Source: a virus
IMG/VR virus record: IMGVR_UViG_3300020045_002743
Coordinates: 1 to 64,000 of that record
Length of the DNA stretch: 64,000 nt
Strand: one strand, 5' to 3'
The translations under genes were made by a program, and so were the position numbers. The notes below the pieces were generated by a model. The model had not been told where the DNA came from, searched no databases, and saw nothing but the letters and a program-made list of their open reading frames with translations. Numbering within the stretch: position 1 is the stretch's first letter; every line of letters begins with the position of its first letter. Below are positions 31,962 to 41,835 of this stretch, in pieces.

Positions 31962-34456
31962 TTGAAGTAGAATTTGCTGGTCAGTATTTCAAAGGTGATA
32001 AAGGTTTAAACTGGAAAGCTGCATATGTTAACACAACAGCTTATCTAAAAGACGATGCTGTATTTTATAATGGATCGAGTTATGTAGCTCTCCAAAACAG
32101 TACAGGAAATCTTCCAACTAATACCACTTTTTGGAGCATCCTTGCTCAGAAGGGAGATAACGGTTCCGGTTCCTCTGTCACATCTGTGAACGCTAAGATT
32201 GGAGATGTTGTCCTTGTTCCTTCTGATATTGGTGCTGCTACGTCGGCTCAAGGTGCATTAGCGAACACTGCTGTACAACCATCTGGTCTGAACAAAGCTG
32301 CTGTAGGATTATCTAACGTAGATAATACCTCAGATATTAATAAACCAATCTCTACAGCTGTTCAGTCTTCGTTAGATTTGAAAGCCCCTCTTAACTCTCC
32401 GTCCTTTACAGGTACTGTCACCGGTCTTACAAAAGCAACAGTTGGGCTAGATAATATCGACAATACTGCCGATATTGATAAACCTCTAAGTACCCTACAG
32501 ACTAACGCATTATCTCTAAAGGCACCCCTAAATTCCCCAACGTTTACGGGTACAGTGGGCGGGCTCAATAAGACGTTCGTAGGTCTTGGTTCAGTTGATA
32601 ACACTTCTGACTTAAATAAACCAGTAAGTACTGCACAACAAGCTGCACTTAATCTGAAGGCCAATGTAGAATCTCCAGCATTCACCGGGAACGTTATTGG
32701 CGTCGATAAGACAATGGTTGGCTTGTCTAATGTGGATAACACCACAGATGCAAACAAACCTATCAGTACAGCCCAAGCTGCTGCCTTGGCATTGAAAGCC
32801 CCACTGGATTCACCAGCTTTTACTGGCACGGTTACAGGATTAACTAAATCAACTGTTGGTTTAGGAAATGTTGACAATACTAGTGATCTGAATAAGCCTA
32901 TCTCAACGGCTGCTCAGGCGGCATTGAATCTAAAAGCTAACTTAGCTTCACCTACGTTCACAGGAACTGTAGGCGGGATTACAGCTAGTATGGTCGGTCT
33001 TGGTAATGTCAATAACACAGCAGACACAACCAAACCAATTTCAACAGCAACTCAAAGCGCATTAGACCTTAAGGCTCCTTTAGCCTCACCAACCTTTACA
33101 GGAACAGTGAGTGGTATTTCTGCCGCCATGGTTGGCCTAGGTAATGTAAATAATACGAGTGATGCTAACAAACCAGTAAGCTCAGCTACCCAAACAGCTC
33201 TGAACCTTAAGGCTGATTTGACAACGCTAGCTAATTATCGGCTACTTACAAACAACGCATTTACTGGAACATCTGCTGCCACTGCATTTCCTACATCTGT
33301 TGGACAATTAGCACCAACCACTAGCACAGCAATGACTTGGACACCTCTAACAGCCTCACAAGCTGTAGTCCCAGCCATGCTAACCACTCTTAACATTAAT
33401 ACAGCAACAGCTAACACTGTCACTAACAGTCATGGTATTGGTGAGCTTGTTATTACAACTGTTCAAGGTGGTGGCTATTGTGACCTGTCTTTTGCAAAAG
33501 AATATCGTTTTGCAATGCAGAATGCTAGTACAGCTGGTCAGTTCATCGGAACTAAATATGTATTTGAACCAGACAGCACTAACAGTGGTACGCTAAATAC
33601 TTTTATCACTGAACAGTTTGATAATATGACAACAAGCGTTACGTGGATTAGTAATTTCCAACGTAATTTCCTTGATCCTCGTATGGTTACATATCATGCT
33701 GGAGGACAAGTAGCGTTTGCTCAAATTATTACTGGTAATTACACGTTCACAGATAAAGATTCTGGTAAGACATTTGTCTATAATTCAGCATCTCTTGGGA
33801 CGATGACATTTGGTGCTGGTATTACCAATGGGTTTAAAGTTACAATTAAGCATGGTTTAGGTGGTGCTGGTGTAACACTTGTTTCCTCATCAAGAACAAT
33901 AGTAAACAACGCAACCCGTATTGCTTCTTTGTTTGCACTTGATGAAGTCACTGTTGAGGCTTTAGATCCAGGTGGATTCTTAACTTTAAACTGGAAAGAT
34001 CCCCTTCCAACTTATTCTGTTAATAATACAACCTCTATCACCAGAAACGTAACTACCAACAGTTCTGTATCAGATCTTACTGTAAACCTTGAAGCCAATT
34101 CTGTTTATGAAGTAAGTTTTAATTGTGCCTACACTACAACAGCTACTGCACAAAGTCTGAAACTTGGATATGCGAGTACAGCAACAGGGACTACTTTCCT
34201 ATTTGATGCTGGTGTTCAAATAACTAACGTCGCAGGTACAGCTTCTACAGTATTAGGCCCACTTAATACTACAGCAGCAACAATTGCAGGGACAGCTTCT
34301 GTTGCAAGTGTTGAGCAGAATGCTTTCATACGTGGTAAGATAATCACATCCTCAACTGCTGGTAACTTTGCTATTCAAGTAGGGGCAATCTCTACAGCTA
34401 CCACGCTGACAATAGCAATTGGTAGGGCACCGCTCTTAATCAAGAAGATTAAGTAA
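31958..34456 (+). CDS. Long fibre protein with 46-aa repeats
   Basis: VGLGNVDNTSD.NKP.STA...AL.LKA.L.SP.FTG repeats; beta-rich C-terminus. Confidence 0.85.
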   Translation: MIEVEFAGQYFKGDKGLNWKAAYVNTTAYLKDDAVFYNGSSYVALQNSTGNLPTNTTFWSILAQKGDNGSGSSVTSVNAKIGDVVLVPSDIGAATSAQGALANTAVQPSGLNKAAVGLSNVDNTSDINKPISTAVQSSLDLKAPLNSPSFTGTVTGLTKATVGLDNIDNTADIDKPLSTLQTNALSLKAPLNSPTFTGTVGGLNKTFVGLGSVDNTSDLNKPVSTAQQAALNLKANVESPAFTGNVIGVDKTMVGLSNVDNTTDANKPISTAQAAALALKAPLDSPAFTGTVTGLTKSTVGLGNVDNTSDLNKPISTAAQAALNLKANLASPTFTGTVGGITASMVGLGNVNNTADTTKPISTATQSALDLKAPLASPTFTGTVSGISAAMVGLGNVNNTSDANKPVSSATQTALNLKADLTTLANYRLLTNNAFTGTSAATAFPTSVGQLAPTTSTAMTWTPLTASQAVVPAMLTTLNINTATANTVTNSHGIGELVITTVQGGGYCDLSFAKEYRFAMQNASTAGQFIGTKYVFEPDSTNSGTLNTFITEQFDNMTTSVTWISNFQRNFLDPRMVTYHAGGQVAFAQIITGNYTFTDKDSGKTFVYNSASLGTMTFGAGITNGFKVTIKHGLGGAGVTLVSSSRTIVNNATRIASLFALDEVTVEALDPGGFLTLNWKDPLPTYSVNNTTSITRNVTTNSSVSDLTVNLEANSVYEVSFNCAYTTTATAQSLKLGYASTATGTTFLFDAGVQITNVAGTASTVLGPLNTTAATIAGTASVASVEQNAFIRGKIITSSTAGNFAIQVGAISTATTLTIAIGRAPLLIKKIK
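32300..33215 (+). repeat. About 6.6 tandem 138-nt (46-aa) coding repeats
   Basis: Visible in translation; nucleotide copies diverged. Confidence 0.85.
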
Positions 34457-34511
34457 ATATCCTTAATTATATTTTAAGGTATAATTAGGTAAAAGGATTT
34501 AGTAGTTTTTT

Positions 34512-34540
34512 AGAATGCCTTCCACAAGAGGGCATTCTCT
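34512..34540 (+). terminator. Terminator-like hairpin
   Basis: AGAATGCCTTC-CACAA-GAGGGCATTCT. Confidence 0.55.
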
Positions 34541-34679
34541 AAAGATTACTTATAGAGTCTAGACGACTCTTTTTCAAAGCAGACGAGGCTGCCTAACTAA
34601 AAGCCTGTGTTGTCTGTCTACAGGCTATAATCCCTCAGAACAAGACAATCCCTAATAAAAATAAAATAGGATTGTTAAA

Positions 34680-34946
34680 GTGGCTAATACCATTCCTGAT
34701 GTAACTGTAGTAGTAAATAATTATATTGACCTTTATGCAGCAGCGGGCATTACTGTTGGAAAACCTTTATTGATCCAGAATAAAGGTACAAGCGCTGCGT
34801 ATATACAAATTAAAGATTTTCAACCAGCAACATCCTCTGTTGATGGTGTATACCTGACATCCTATGCGTTCTGTGTTGTAGATGCCGGAGCTTCTGGATG
34901 CTGGGCTAAGGGGCAAGGTAAGCTCTCTGTACAGGAGATGAGCTAA
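34680..34946 (+). CDS. Small virion adaptor, paralogous to the N-terminus of 36368
   Basis: LY....TVGK.L.I.N ... W.KG....VQE shared. Confidence 0.65.
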   Translation: MANTIPDVTVVVNNYIDLYAAAGITVGKPLLIQNKGTSAAYIQIKDFQPATSSVDGVYLTSYAFCVVDAGASGCWAKGQGKLSVQEMS

Positions 34947-36352
34947 TGCCTGTTCATCCATATTTCCCAGGTGGTAATAGTGGCGCAGGAGATGGCGCTG
35001 TAACTTCTGTAAACGGTGAGCAGGGAGATGTGATTCTTACAGCCCAAGATTTACAAGCCCAACCACAATCAACCGTACTGACAGATATTGCTGCCATAAC
35101 AATGCCGGACAATAGCTTTCTTCACACAGACTCATCTGGCAATTTTACACCATCCCTATGTATGCCAGCTGGAGTTGCTTGGTTAGGGTATACAACTGTA
35201 GATCAACAAAAGGCTCATCTTGCTTATGCAACAGTTGCTACTACAGGCAGCTACTCAGATCTAACAGATAAACCATCTATACCAACAGCTCAAGTTAATA
35301 GTGATTGGAATGCCACATCGGGTGTTTCGCAGGTATTAAACAAGCCAACCTTATTCTCTGGATCATATGCTGACTTGACTGGTAAACCCGTTTTGTTCAG
35401 TGGAAACTATGCCGACTTATTTGGAAAGCCCGCCTTATTTGATGGTACTTATACAAGTCTTACAGGCAAGCCAACAAGTTTTCCACCATCAGCACATACA
35501 CATGCAATAAGCGATGTCACAGGCTTACAGACAGCTCTAGACAATAAGGTGGGCGTTGGTTCTAATATCCCGTACAGTGTTTTGACAGGAACGCCTGTAA
35601 TTCCTGCTGCACAGATCCAGAGTGATTGGAACCAGACTAATACATCCGCCTTAGATTTTGTTAAGAACAAGCCAACCATTCCGTCTGTTAATTATCCGGT
35701 TACTTCGGTTAATACTAAGACTGGTGCGGTAATTCTTACCAACACTGATGTCGGGGCAGCAGCTACAGTCCACACACATTCAATTTCGGATGTGACCGGA
35801 CTTCAAGCTAGTCTAGACAGCAAGGCCACAGCATCCTCCCTATCAGGGTATGTAACTACCTCATCTTTGTCAACGACATTGACTGGGTATGCCACATCAA
35901 GTTCTCTTACATCTGGCTTGGCTGGCAAATATAATACACCTACAGGTACAACGACTCAGTACGTACGTGGTGATGGTACACTAGCAACATTCCCTACGAT
36001 TCCTACAGTACCAACTATTGTAAGCGATTTTACAAACGACAGTGGCTATCTCACAAGTGCCGTCTTGGCGGGTTATCGTAAAGTTGAAACATTCCTTGGT
36101 ACAAGTGACGCAAGTGGTAATGTTACAATAACCTTTGCAAATACTTATACTACACCGCCTGATGTACAGCCTCAAATAATTGGTGGTACTTTTAATCAAT
36201 CTGTTAGGGTTGTATCAGTATCTACTACAGGGTGTGTCGTACAGGCTGCTCAGCGTAATCTTGTAACCCTTCTAAGTATAGAAGTATTGCTTGGTGCTAC
36301 AGTTAACCTTGTCGGTGCTTCTGTTACAGTTCAGGTAACACCACGCTCATAA
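34946..36352 (+). CDS. Second fibre protein
   Basis: VTSVNG, Y.DLT.KP repeats, two HTH.ISDVTGLQ..LD repeats. Confidence 0.85.
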   Translation: MPVHPYFPGGNSGAGDGAVTSVNGEQGDVILTAQDLQAQPQSTVLTDIAAITMPDNSFLHTDSSGNFTPSLCMPAGVAWLGYTTVDQQKAHLAYATVATTGSYSDLTDKPSIPTAQVNSDWNATSGVSQVLNKPTLFSGSYADLTGKPVLFSGNYADLFGKPALFDGTYTSLTGKPTSFPPSAHTHAISDVTGLQTALDNKVGVGSNIPYSVLTGTPVIPAAQIQSDWNQTNTSALDFVKNKPTIPSVNYPVTSVNTKTGAVILTNTDVGAAATVHTHSISDVTGLQASLDSKATASSLSGYVTTSSLSTTLTGYATSSSLTSGLAGKYNTPTGTTTQYVRGDGTLATFPTIPTVPTIVSDFTNDSGYLTSAVLAGYRKVETFLGTSDASGNVTITFANTYTTPPDVQPQIIGGTFNQSVRVVSVSTTGCVVQAAQRNLVTLLSIEVLLGATVNLVGASVTVQVTPRS

Positions 36353-36367
36353 GCCCGGTAAATAATA

Positions 36368-37189
36368 ATGATAAGAATTTCCCTGCCGCCCGGTCTTGAC
36401 TACTATAATTTATATACTGTCTCATCTACAACAGTAGGCAAAAGCTTAGTAATAACTAATCATCATACTATCCACATCTTTCTTGAAAGGTCTTTAAATA
36501 AACCATCACCAACAACTGAGACAGGTCTTCCACTAGCTCCTGGAGATTCCTGTGTTATATATGGAGATGGGGTTACGCCGATATGGGTCAAGGGGAATTC
36601 AAGTCCTATAGTTGTGCAGGAACTAACCTCTATAATTGGTTCTAAATATGGGGTTGCTGATTTACCAAAAGATATTTACACATCATCAACAGAAAACTAC
36701 AGAAGAATAAGGGTAGACACTGCTCAAACTTCTTTCTTTCAAGGAAGGCAGTTCAGAAGTTATTATGATTTTGGTTTGACGGCCTCTGAAGTCAGATATT
36801 TTAGGTTCACATCTTTAACTGATTTTGTACTCTTCGATCAGTCTATATCTGTAAGCGGGGGAAGCATAAGACTTTCTGTGTGGACTGGATCAACCCCGGC
36901 AGGTACTTGGACTAATATTCCCGTCATTGGTAAGAATAGGATGTCTTCTATACCTCAACCACCTTATATAAGCTCGGTAACATTCCAAACTGGTGGTACA
37001 TTTACAGCAGGTACAGAGGTTGAGGCTATTAGACTAGTTTCCGCCACAGCAACTGCCCAACAGTCCACAGTAGGTGCAAGTTCGGGGGATGAAAGAGGAT
37101 TACCAGCATCATCTTTTTATATAAAAATTGAGGCAACTTCCAGTACCCCGACAGTTGTTTATAGCTTGTTTTGGGAAGAACGTCCTTAA
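36368..37189 (+). CDS. Virion-associated beta-rich protein
   Basis: N-terminal domain paralogous to 34680. Confidence 0.65.
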   Translation: MIRISLPPGLDYYNLYTVSSTTVGKSLVITNHHTIHIFLERSLNKPSPTTETGLPLAPGDSCVIYGDGVTPIWVKGNSSPIVVQELTSIIGSKYGVADLPKDIYTSSTENYRRIRVDTAQTSFFQGRQFRSYYDFGLTASEVRYFRFTSLTDFVLFDQSISVSGGSIRLSVWTGSTPAGTWTNIPVIGKNRMSSIPQPPYISSVTFQTGGTFTAGTEVEAIRLVSATATAQQSTVGASSGDERGLPASSFYIKIEATSSTPTVVYSLFWEERP

Positions 37190-37199
37190 TAGTTTTACA

Positions 37200-37225
37200 A
37201 AGCTGTCTTGAAATATAGACAGCTT
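37200..37225 (+). terminator. Terminator-like hairpin
   Basis: AAGCTGTCT-TGAAATAT-AGACAGCTT. Confidence 0.65.
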
Positions 37226-37268
37226 CAATAAAATTATTGAAAATAGTTAAAATAAATTAGACAAATAC

Positions 37269-37298
37269 TTGACAAATAGCATGGCTATCATGTAATAT
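37269..37298 (+). promoter_or_regulatory. sigma70-type promoter
   Basis: TTGACA-18 bp-TAATAT with TG extension. Confidence 0.6.
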
Positions 37299-37331
37299 CT
37301 CTTTTATGAATTGAACACATTGGAGAGAATT

Positions 37332-37676
37332 ATGAATAAATATGAAATCTTTATCACCGGTGGTGATATTATGGGTTATGACTTTATTAACAAGATTGTA
37401 AAGTACGCTAATATGGGCGCCACAATTAGTGATGAAGAAATCCCACGAGTAAAGAACTTCCCACAAACTGTTCGGATGTTTATCCAGACAGAAGAAACTC
37501 TGAAAGAAGAGCCTGGCGTACGTTTAGCAGCTTATCGTGAGATTGAACATTTCACCAAAGAAGAGCTAGATTCTATGGAATGGGACACTTTACGGGCACA
37601 CGCTAAGAAGGCCGGGATTACAGGCCGGGATAGGCAGAAACTTGTGAAAGAGTATCTTGAAGAGATGGAAAAGTAA
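37332..37676 (+). CDS. Hypothetical protein with C-terminal Rho-N/HeH-like helical motif
   Basis: MEWDTLRAHAKKAGITGRDRQKLV; GGAGAG RBS before ATG 37332. Confidence 0.6.
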   Translation: MNKYEIFITGGDIMGYDFINKIVKYANMGATISDEEIPRVKNFPQTVRMFIQTEETLKEEPGVRLAAYREIEHFTKEELDSMEWDTLRAHAKKAGITGRDRQKLVKEYLEEMEK

Positions 37677-37773
37677 CAGAACAAAATGAGAGCGAACGGG
37701 ATTGCAAGCCCTGATGATTGCCGATACAATCGTCTAGTTCTCACCTAATTAAATCTTATCGGAGATATAAAGT

Positions 37774-38814
37774 TTGAATTATCAGAAAATATATCATGCT
37801 CTTGTAGAGAAAGCTAAAGTTCGCGGCCTTGATAAAACTCAACACGCTGGTTACTTTGAAATTCACCACATTCTGCCTGTTAGTTTGGGCGGTGGTAATG
37901 AAAAAGAAAATCTGGTGATGTTTACTGGACGTGAACACTTCATTGCGCACATGTTGTTGTGGAAAGCATATCCTGAAGATGTAAGTCTCCAACGAGCAGC
38001 TTGGATGATGAGCGCCCGTAATGTATGCAAAGTTAACTCTAAGCTATATTCTGCCATTCAACAAGTAAAGAGAAAAGAAGCTTCTGAGCAAATGAAAGGT
38101 CGTTACTTTAAAGATCTTACTGGAAATCGTTATGATCGTCTGGTTGTAGTTAATCAAGGGGAACATTACTATACTCCCGGCGGGCTGCAATATACTCGTT
38201 GGAATTGTATATGTGATTGTGGAAATGAGACTTTAGTCCATGCAAGCTCCCTCACTAGTGGAACTACGAGAAGTTGTGGTTGCTATGCTAAAGAGCTTAG
38301 TAAGAAAGCAAAAGGGAATCTGGAAAATATATTGCCGACACAATTTAAATCTGGTGAACATCACATCAATTTCGGTAAAAAGATGCCCAAAGAATTTGGA
38401 GAAGCAATTTCTCGCGGTAGAAAAGGCGTAAAATATTCGGAGAAAGCTTTAGAAAATTATAGGCTTTCCGGTATTGCACGTCGCGGCGAAAATAGTAGCT
38501 TATATGGTAAGCCTCGTTCTCCCGAAGTTATAAAAAAGATTTCAGATGCAAATAAAGCTTTAAACTTAAAGCCTTGGGAAGTGTCAGTTAATATTAAAGG
38601 TTTGGGTAGAGATAGGTGGTTATTGGCTGATTACTACTATGATTTGTGGATATTCTTCGATAAACCGGCAACCAAGAAGTTTGCTAAGTGTTTTAATGAA
38701 ATTCACAACGATGACACTAAGTATAGTGTCTATGTAACCATGATCAATAAATTTATTAATGGTTGGATTCCTTTAGAAGATGAGGAATGGGTAAAATTTT
38801 CTAAGGATTGTTAA
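37774..38814 (+). CDS. HNH homing endonuclease with NUMOD3-like repeats
   Basis: EIHHILP.SLGG.N..ENLV..T.REHFIAH; WNCICDCGN; YGKPRSPEV.KKIS. Confidence 0.9.
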   Translation: MNYQKIYHALVEKAKVRGLDKTQHAGYFEIHHILPVSLGGGNEKENLVMFTGREHFIAHMLLWKAYPEDVSLQRAAWMMSARNVCKVNSKLYSAIQQVKRKEASEQMKGRYFKDLTGNRYDRLVVVNQGEHYYTPGGLQYTRWNCICDCGNETLVHASSLTSGTTRSCGCYAKELSKKAKGNLENILPTQFKSGEHHINFGKKMPKEFGEAISRGRKGVKYSEKALENYRLSGIARRGENSSLYGKPRSPEVIKKISDANKALNLKPWEVSVNIKGLGRDRWLLADYYYDLWIFFDKPATKKFAKCFNEIHNDDTKYSVYVTMINKFINGWIPLEDEEWVKFSKDC

Positions 38815-40322
38815 TGAATGAAGAACAAGTAGTGATTGGACCTCAGTCAAAATTCCAAGCTGACTATTTAAACAGCTCATCTAGGATTTTGGTGGCGGGG
38901 GGAAGCGCCGGCTCATCGAAGAGCCACGTGGGATTAATGAGACATTTACGTTGGATGGACGACCCTCTTTACAGAGGGTTTTGCATTCGTAAAAACTCCA
39001 CTGCAATTATGAAGAGCGGTGGTTTGTTTGACGCAGCAGTACATCTATACTCCCAAGTAGATGATATCAAGATTAAGTTGAAAGATCAGCGTATTGTTTT
39101 TGGATCAGGAGCCTCTGTTTCCTTTTCTCACTATGAGAACGACACTGCGGGTCAGCTCTATCATGGCCTTGAACTCTCAAATGTGTTTTATGATGAATGT
39201 ACACACGCTGATGAAAAGCATATTTGGTGGTTGATATCACGACTTCGTACAAAAGCTAATCTTGACCCTTCAATCTGGCTAAGTTGTAACCCTGACCCAG
39301 ATTCGTTTTTATATAACTGGGTTAAATGGTGGCTTTATGACGATGAGCACCCCAACGCAGGTCTCCCAGATCCAGCAAAGAACGGGAAGGTTCGTTGGAT
39401 TCTTCGTCGAGAAGGGTTGATGTTTTGGGGAGATTCAAGAGAAGAAATGATTGTCCGTTACGGTAATCCTGATCTTCCTATTGACCACCCAAAGCAAGTT
39501 AAACCCCTAAGTTTTCAGGTTATTCTTGGGACAATCTACGATAACCCGTGGTTGATCGAAAATCAACCCGAATATCTCGCTTCTCTTGAAGCAATGCCAG
39601 ATATCGAGCGCCGCCGCCTGCTGTTAGGTGACTGGAATGCAAGAGAACAGAATTCTACGCACTTTCTACGCAGCTGGTGTACCGAGGCTACTGAAGAACC
39701 GCCCAAGTCTGAAATTGTTAAGACGGTTCGCAGTTATGATCTTGCTTCCACGCTTAAATCTGACGCAAATAATTCGCCAGACTATACTGCAACTTGTAAA
39801 GTCTCTAAGCTTAAAAATGGAAGTTACTTCATACATGATGTGCAGCGTACACGCATTCGTTTTGGAGATTGGAAAGATTTCATTCTGAATAATGCCAGAT
39901 CAGACGGCTATGATGTTGATGTGATTTTACCTTTGGACCCTGGTGCTGCTGCAAAAGCTTCTACTGGTATTCTTACAAGGGAGATTTCTGAGGCTGGGTT
40001 TAGGGTAAGAACACTTTCAACGACGAAGAGCAAGCTTGATAGATTTCGTCCAGTAAGTTCATTGGCACAGAATGGTCATGTAGTATTCTTGAAAAACTGC
40101 GGCACAGACCACGAGAACAAAATACAGAATGATTTGAACTTTGTTTATCGTGAGCTGGAGGCATTTACCGGGCAAAGGAAATCTGGTGAATCAGGCCACG
40201 ATGATGTTGTCGATTCTTTAGCTGATTGTGTGGCAATTCTAGCTCAGTCCATCAATATTCCAAACTTCACTGCTGGTCTTCTGTCAGCAAACCTAACAAG
40301 ACCTAACCTTTTTAACCAATAG
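38814..40322 (+). CDS. terL: Terminase large subunit
   Basis: GGSAGSSKS Walker A variant, FYDEC Walker B, SCNP, YDLA and HDDVVD nuclease motifs. Confidence 0.93.
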   Translation: MNEEQVVIGPQSKFQADYLNSSSRILVAGGSAGSSKSHVGLMRHLRWMDDPLYRGFCIRKNSTAIMKSGGLFDAAVHLYSQVDDIKIKLKDQRIVFGSGASVSFSHYENDTAGQLYHGLELSNVFYDECTHADEKHIWWLISRLRTKANLDPSIWLSCNPDPDSFLYNWVKWWLYDDEHPNAGLPDPAKNGKVRWILRREGLMFWGDSREEMIVRYGNPDLPIDHPKQVKPLSFQVILGTIYDNPWLIENQPEYLASLEAMPDIERRRLLLGDWNAREQNSTHFLRSWCTEATEEPPKSEIVKTVRSYDLASTLKSDANNSPDYTATCKVSKLKNGSYFIHDVQRTRIRFGDWKDFILNNARSDGYDVDVILPLDPGAAAKASTGILTREISEAGFRVRTLSTTKSKLDRFRPVSSLAQNGHVVFLKNCGTDHENKIQNDLNFVYRELEAFTGQRKSGESGHDDVVDSLADCVAILAQSINIPNFTAGLLSANLTRPNLFNQ

Positions 40323-40330
40323 GAGAGACA

Positions 40331-41824
40331 ATGGTAGATACAACAGACGTCTCCCTTGAAGCTGGAGATAATGAAGCTCCAGCTTTGACTATGGGAGAGA
40401 TGGGTAGTCCTGGCCTACTAACTTTAGGCGGACAGGTGATTGAGGAGTGTAGCCTAGAACTTCGCTGGCCTGAAGCAATTAATACCTATAAGCGTATGGC
40501 AAAAGATGGGGCCATTGCCCCAGCTCTTGAGCTTGTAGAGATGATGATAGCAAGGGTTCCGTGGACTGTCAAGATTCCTGAAGGATATGAGGATCAACTT
40601 AAAGATAAAGCTAATTTTGTTCGGCAGTGCATCGGAGATATGGAGCACGACTTTCAGAGCTTTATTAAACAAGCAGTGAGCTTTAATCGATATGGCTTCG
40701 CCGTGACCGAAAAAGTTTACAGGTTTAGGAATAAAGACAAAGGAAGTAAGTACGATGATGGTTTGATAGGAATTAAAAAACTTCCTATTAGAGCACAAGA
40801 TACTGTCGAAGGATGGTATTGGACTAACAAAGGCAGAGATATTGGCGGTTTTTACCAGAGAGTTTGTAATCCCGGTAACTCTTCCTACATGGGTTGGGAT
40901 TTTGTACAAACAGCAGATAACGAAACGACCTTAAAGAAAATTCCCCGTAAAAAGTTTTTGCTTTTTAGAAACAACCCTTTGAAAAATAGTCCTGTGGGAA
41001 CTTCTCCGCTAAATGGTGCTTGGCAAGCTTGGAAGTACAAACAAGCCTATCAGGAAAGTGAAGCGATTGCAGTTGCCCAAGACTCTAATGGCTTTAAAGT
41101 TTTATATATTCCACCAGAATATATGACAACTGATGCTAGTGAAGATAAGAAAGCAGCTTTTGAAGAATACAAAAAAATATTGGCTAATATGCATCAAGCT
41201 AAACAATCTGGGGTAATCCTCCCACTGGTTCTCGATTCTGCCGGTAAAAAGATGTTTGAGCTAACTTTTGAGTCTATTACCGGTCAAAAGTCTTACGACA
41301 CTAACGCAATCATCAACAGGTATACTTCAGAAATTTTGACTGCCCTTTTTGCAGACTTCTTGTCTCTGGGTAGCAATGGTAGCGGTAGCTTCTCTTTAGC
41401 AGAATCAAAGATAAGCGTGGTGGAGATGGCAATCCAATCTAAATTAGATGAAATCAAAGCCCAACTTAATCATGACCTTATTAAACAATTGTTTGAATTG
41501 AATGGCTGGGAAACTGACGTTCTTCCTTACTTGGACTACGGTTCTGTAAGTTCAGAATCTCTTGATGAGCTTGGTAAATTCATTCAACGAGTATCTGCAA
41601 CTGGCAACCTACCAAAAGTGCCTGAAGTTATAAACTGGATTATGGCACAAGCAGATATACCTTACCGTGTTGATCTTGATCTTTCAACAGAAGACCTTAC
41701 AAAGATTTTATCTCCAGACACATCCGCCAGCGGAAGTGGACTTGAAAATGGTCTTCCATCCGGAACAGGTAATGCAGACGGTAGCTCGGGTGACTCTTCA
41801 ACTTCTAATAACGAAAACACATAG
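40331..41824 (+). CDS. Portal protein
   Basis: 497 aa after terL; NSPVG.SPL..AW..W and GS.GSFSLAE motifs. Confidence 0.88.
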   Translation: MVDTTDVSLEAGDNEAPALTMGEMGSPGLLTLGGQVIEECSLELRWPEAINTYKRMAKDGAIAPALELVEMMIARVPWTVKIPEGYEDQLKDKANFVRQCIGDMEHDFQSFIKQAVSFNRYGFAVTEKVYRFRNKDKGSKYDDGLIGIKKLPIRAQDTVEGWYWTNKGRDIGGFYQRVCNPGNSSYMGWDFVQTADNETTLKKIPRKKFLLFRNNPLKNSPVGTSPLNGAWQAWKYKQAYQESEAIAVAQDSNGFKVLYIPPEYMTTDASEDKKAAFEEYKKILANMHQAKQSGVILPLVLDSAGKKMFELTFESITGQKSYDTNAIINRYTSEILTALFADFLSLGSNGSGSFSLAESKISVVEMAIQSKLDEIKAQLNHDLIKQLFELNGWETDVLPYLDYGSVSSESLDELGKFIQRVSATGNLPKVPEVINWIMAQADIPYRVDLDLSTEDLTKILSPDTSASGSGLENGLPSGTGNADGSSGDSSTSNNENT

Positions 41825-41835
41825 GGAGTCCATTA

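Noticed and set aside
32300-33215. CRISPR-like or DGR repeat array
   Set aside because: In-frame protein repeats with synonymous divergence; no spacers and no reverse transcriptase seen in the window.
37690-37743. Hammerhead ribozyme (CTGATGA present)
   Set aside because: No GAAA after a stem II and the helix topology does not fit.
37774-40322. Intron or intein splitting terL
   Set aside because: terL is continuous with all motifs; the HNH gene is free-standing upstream.
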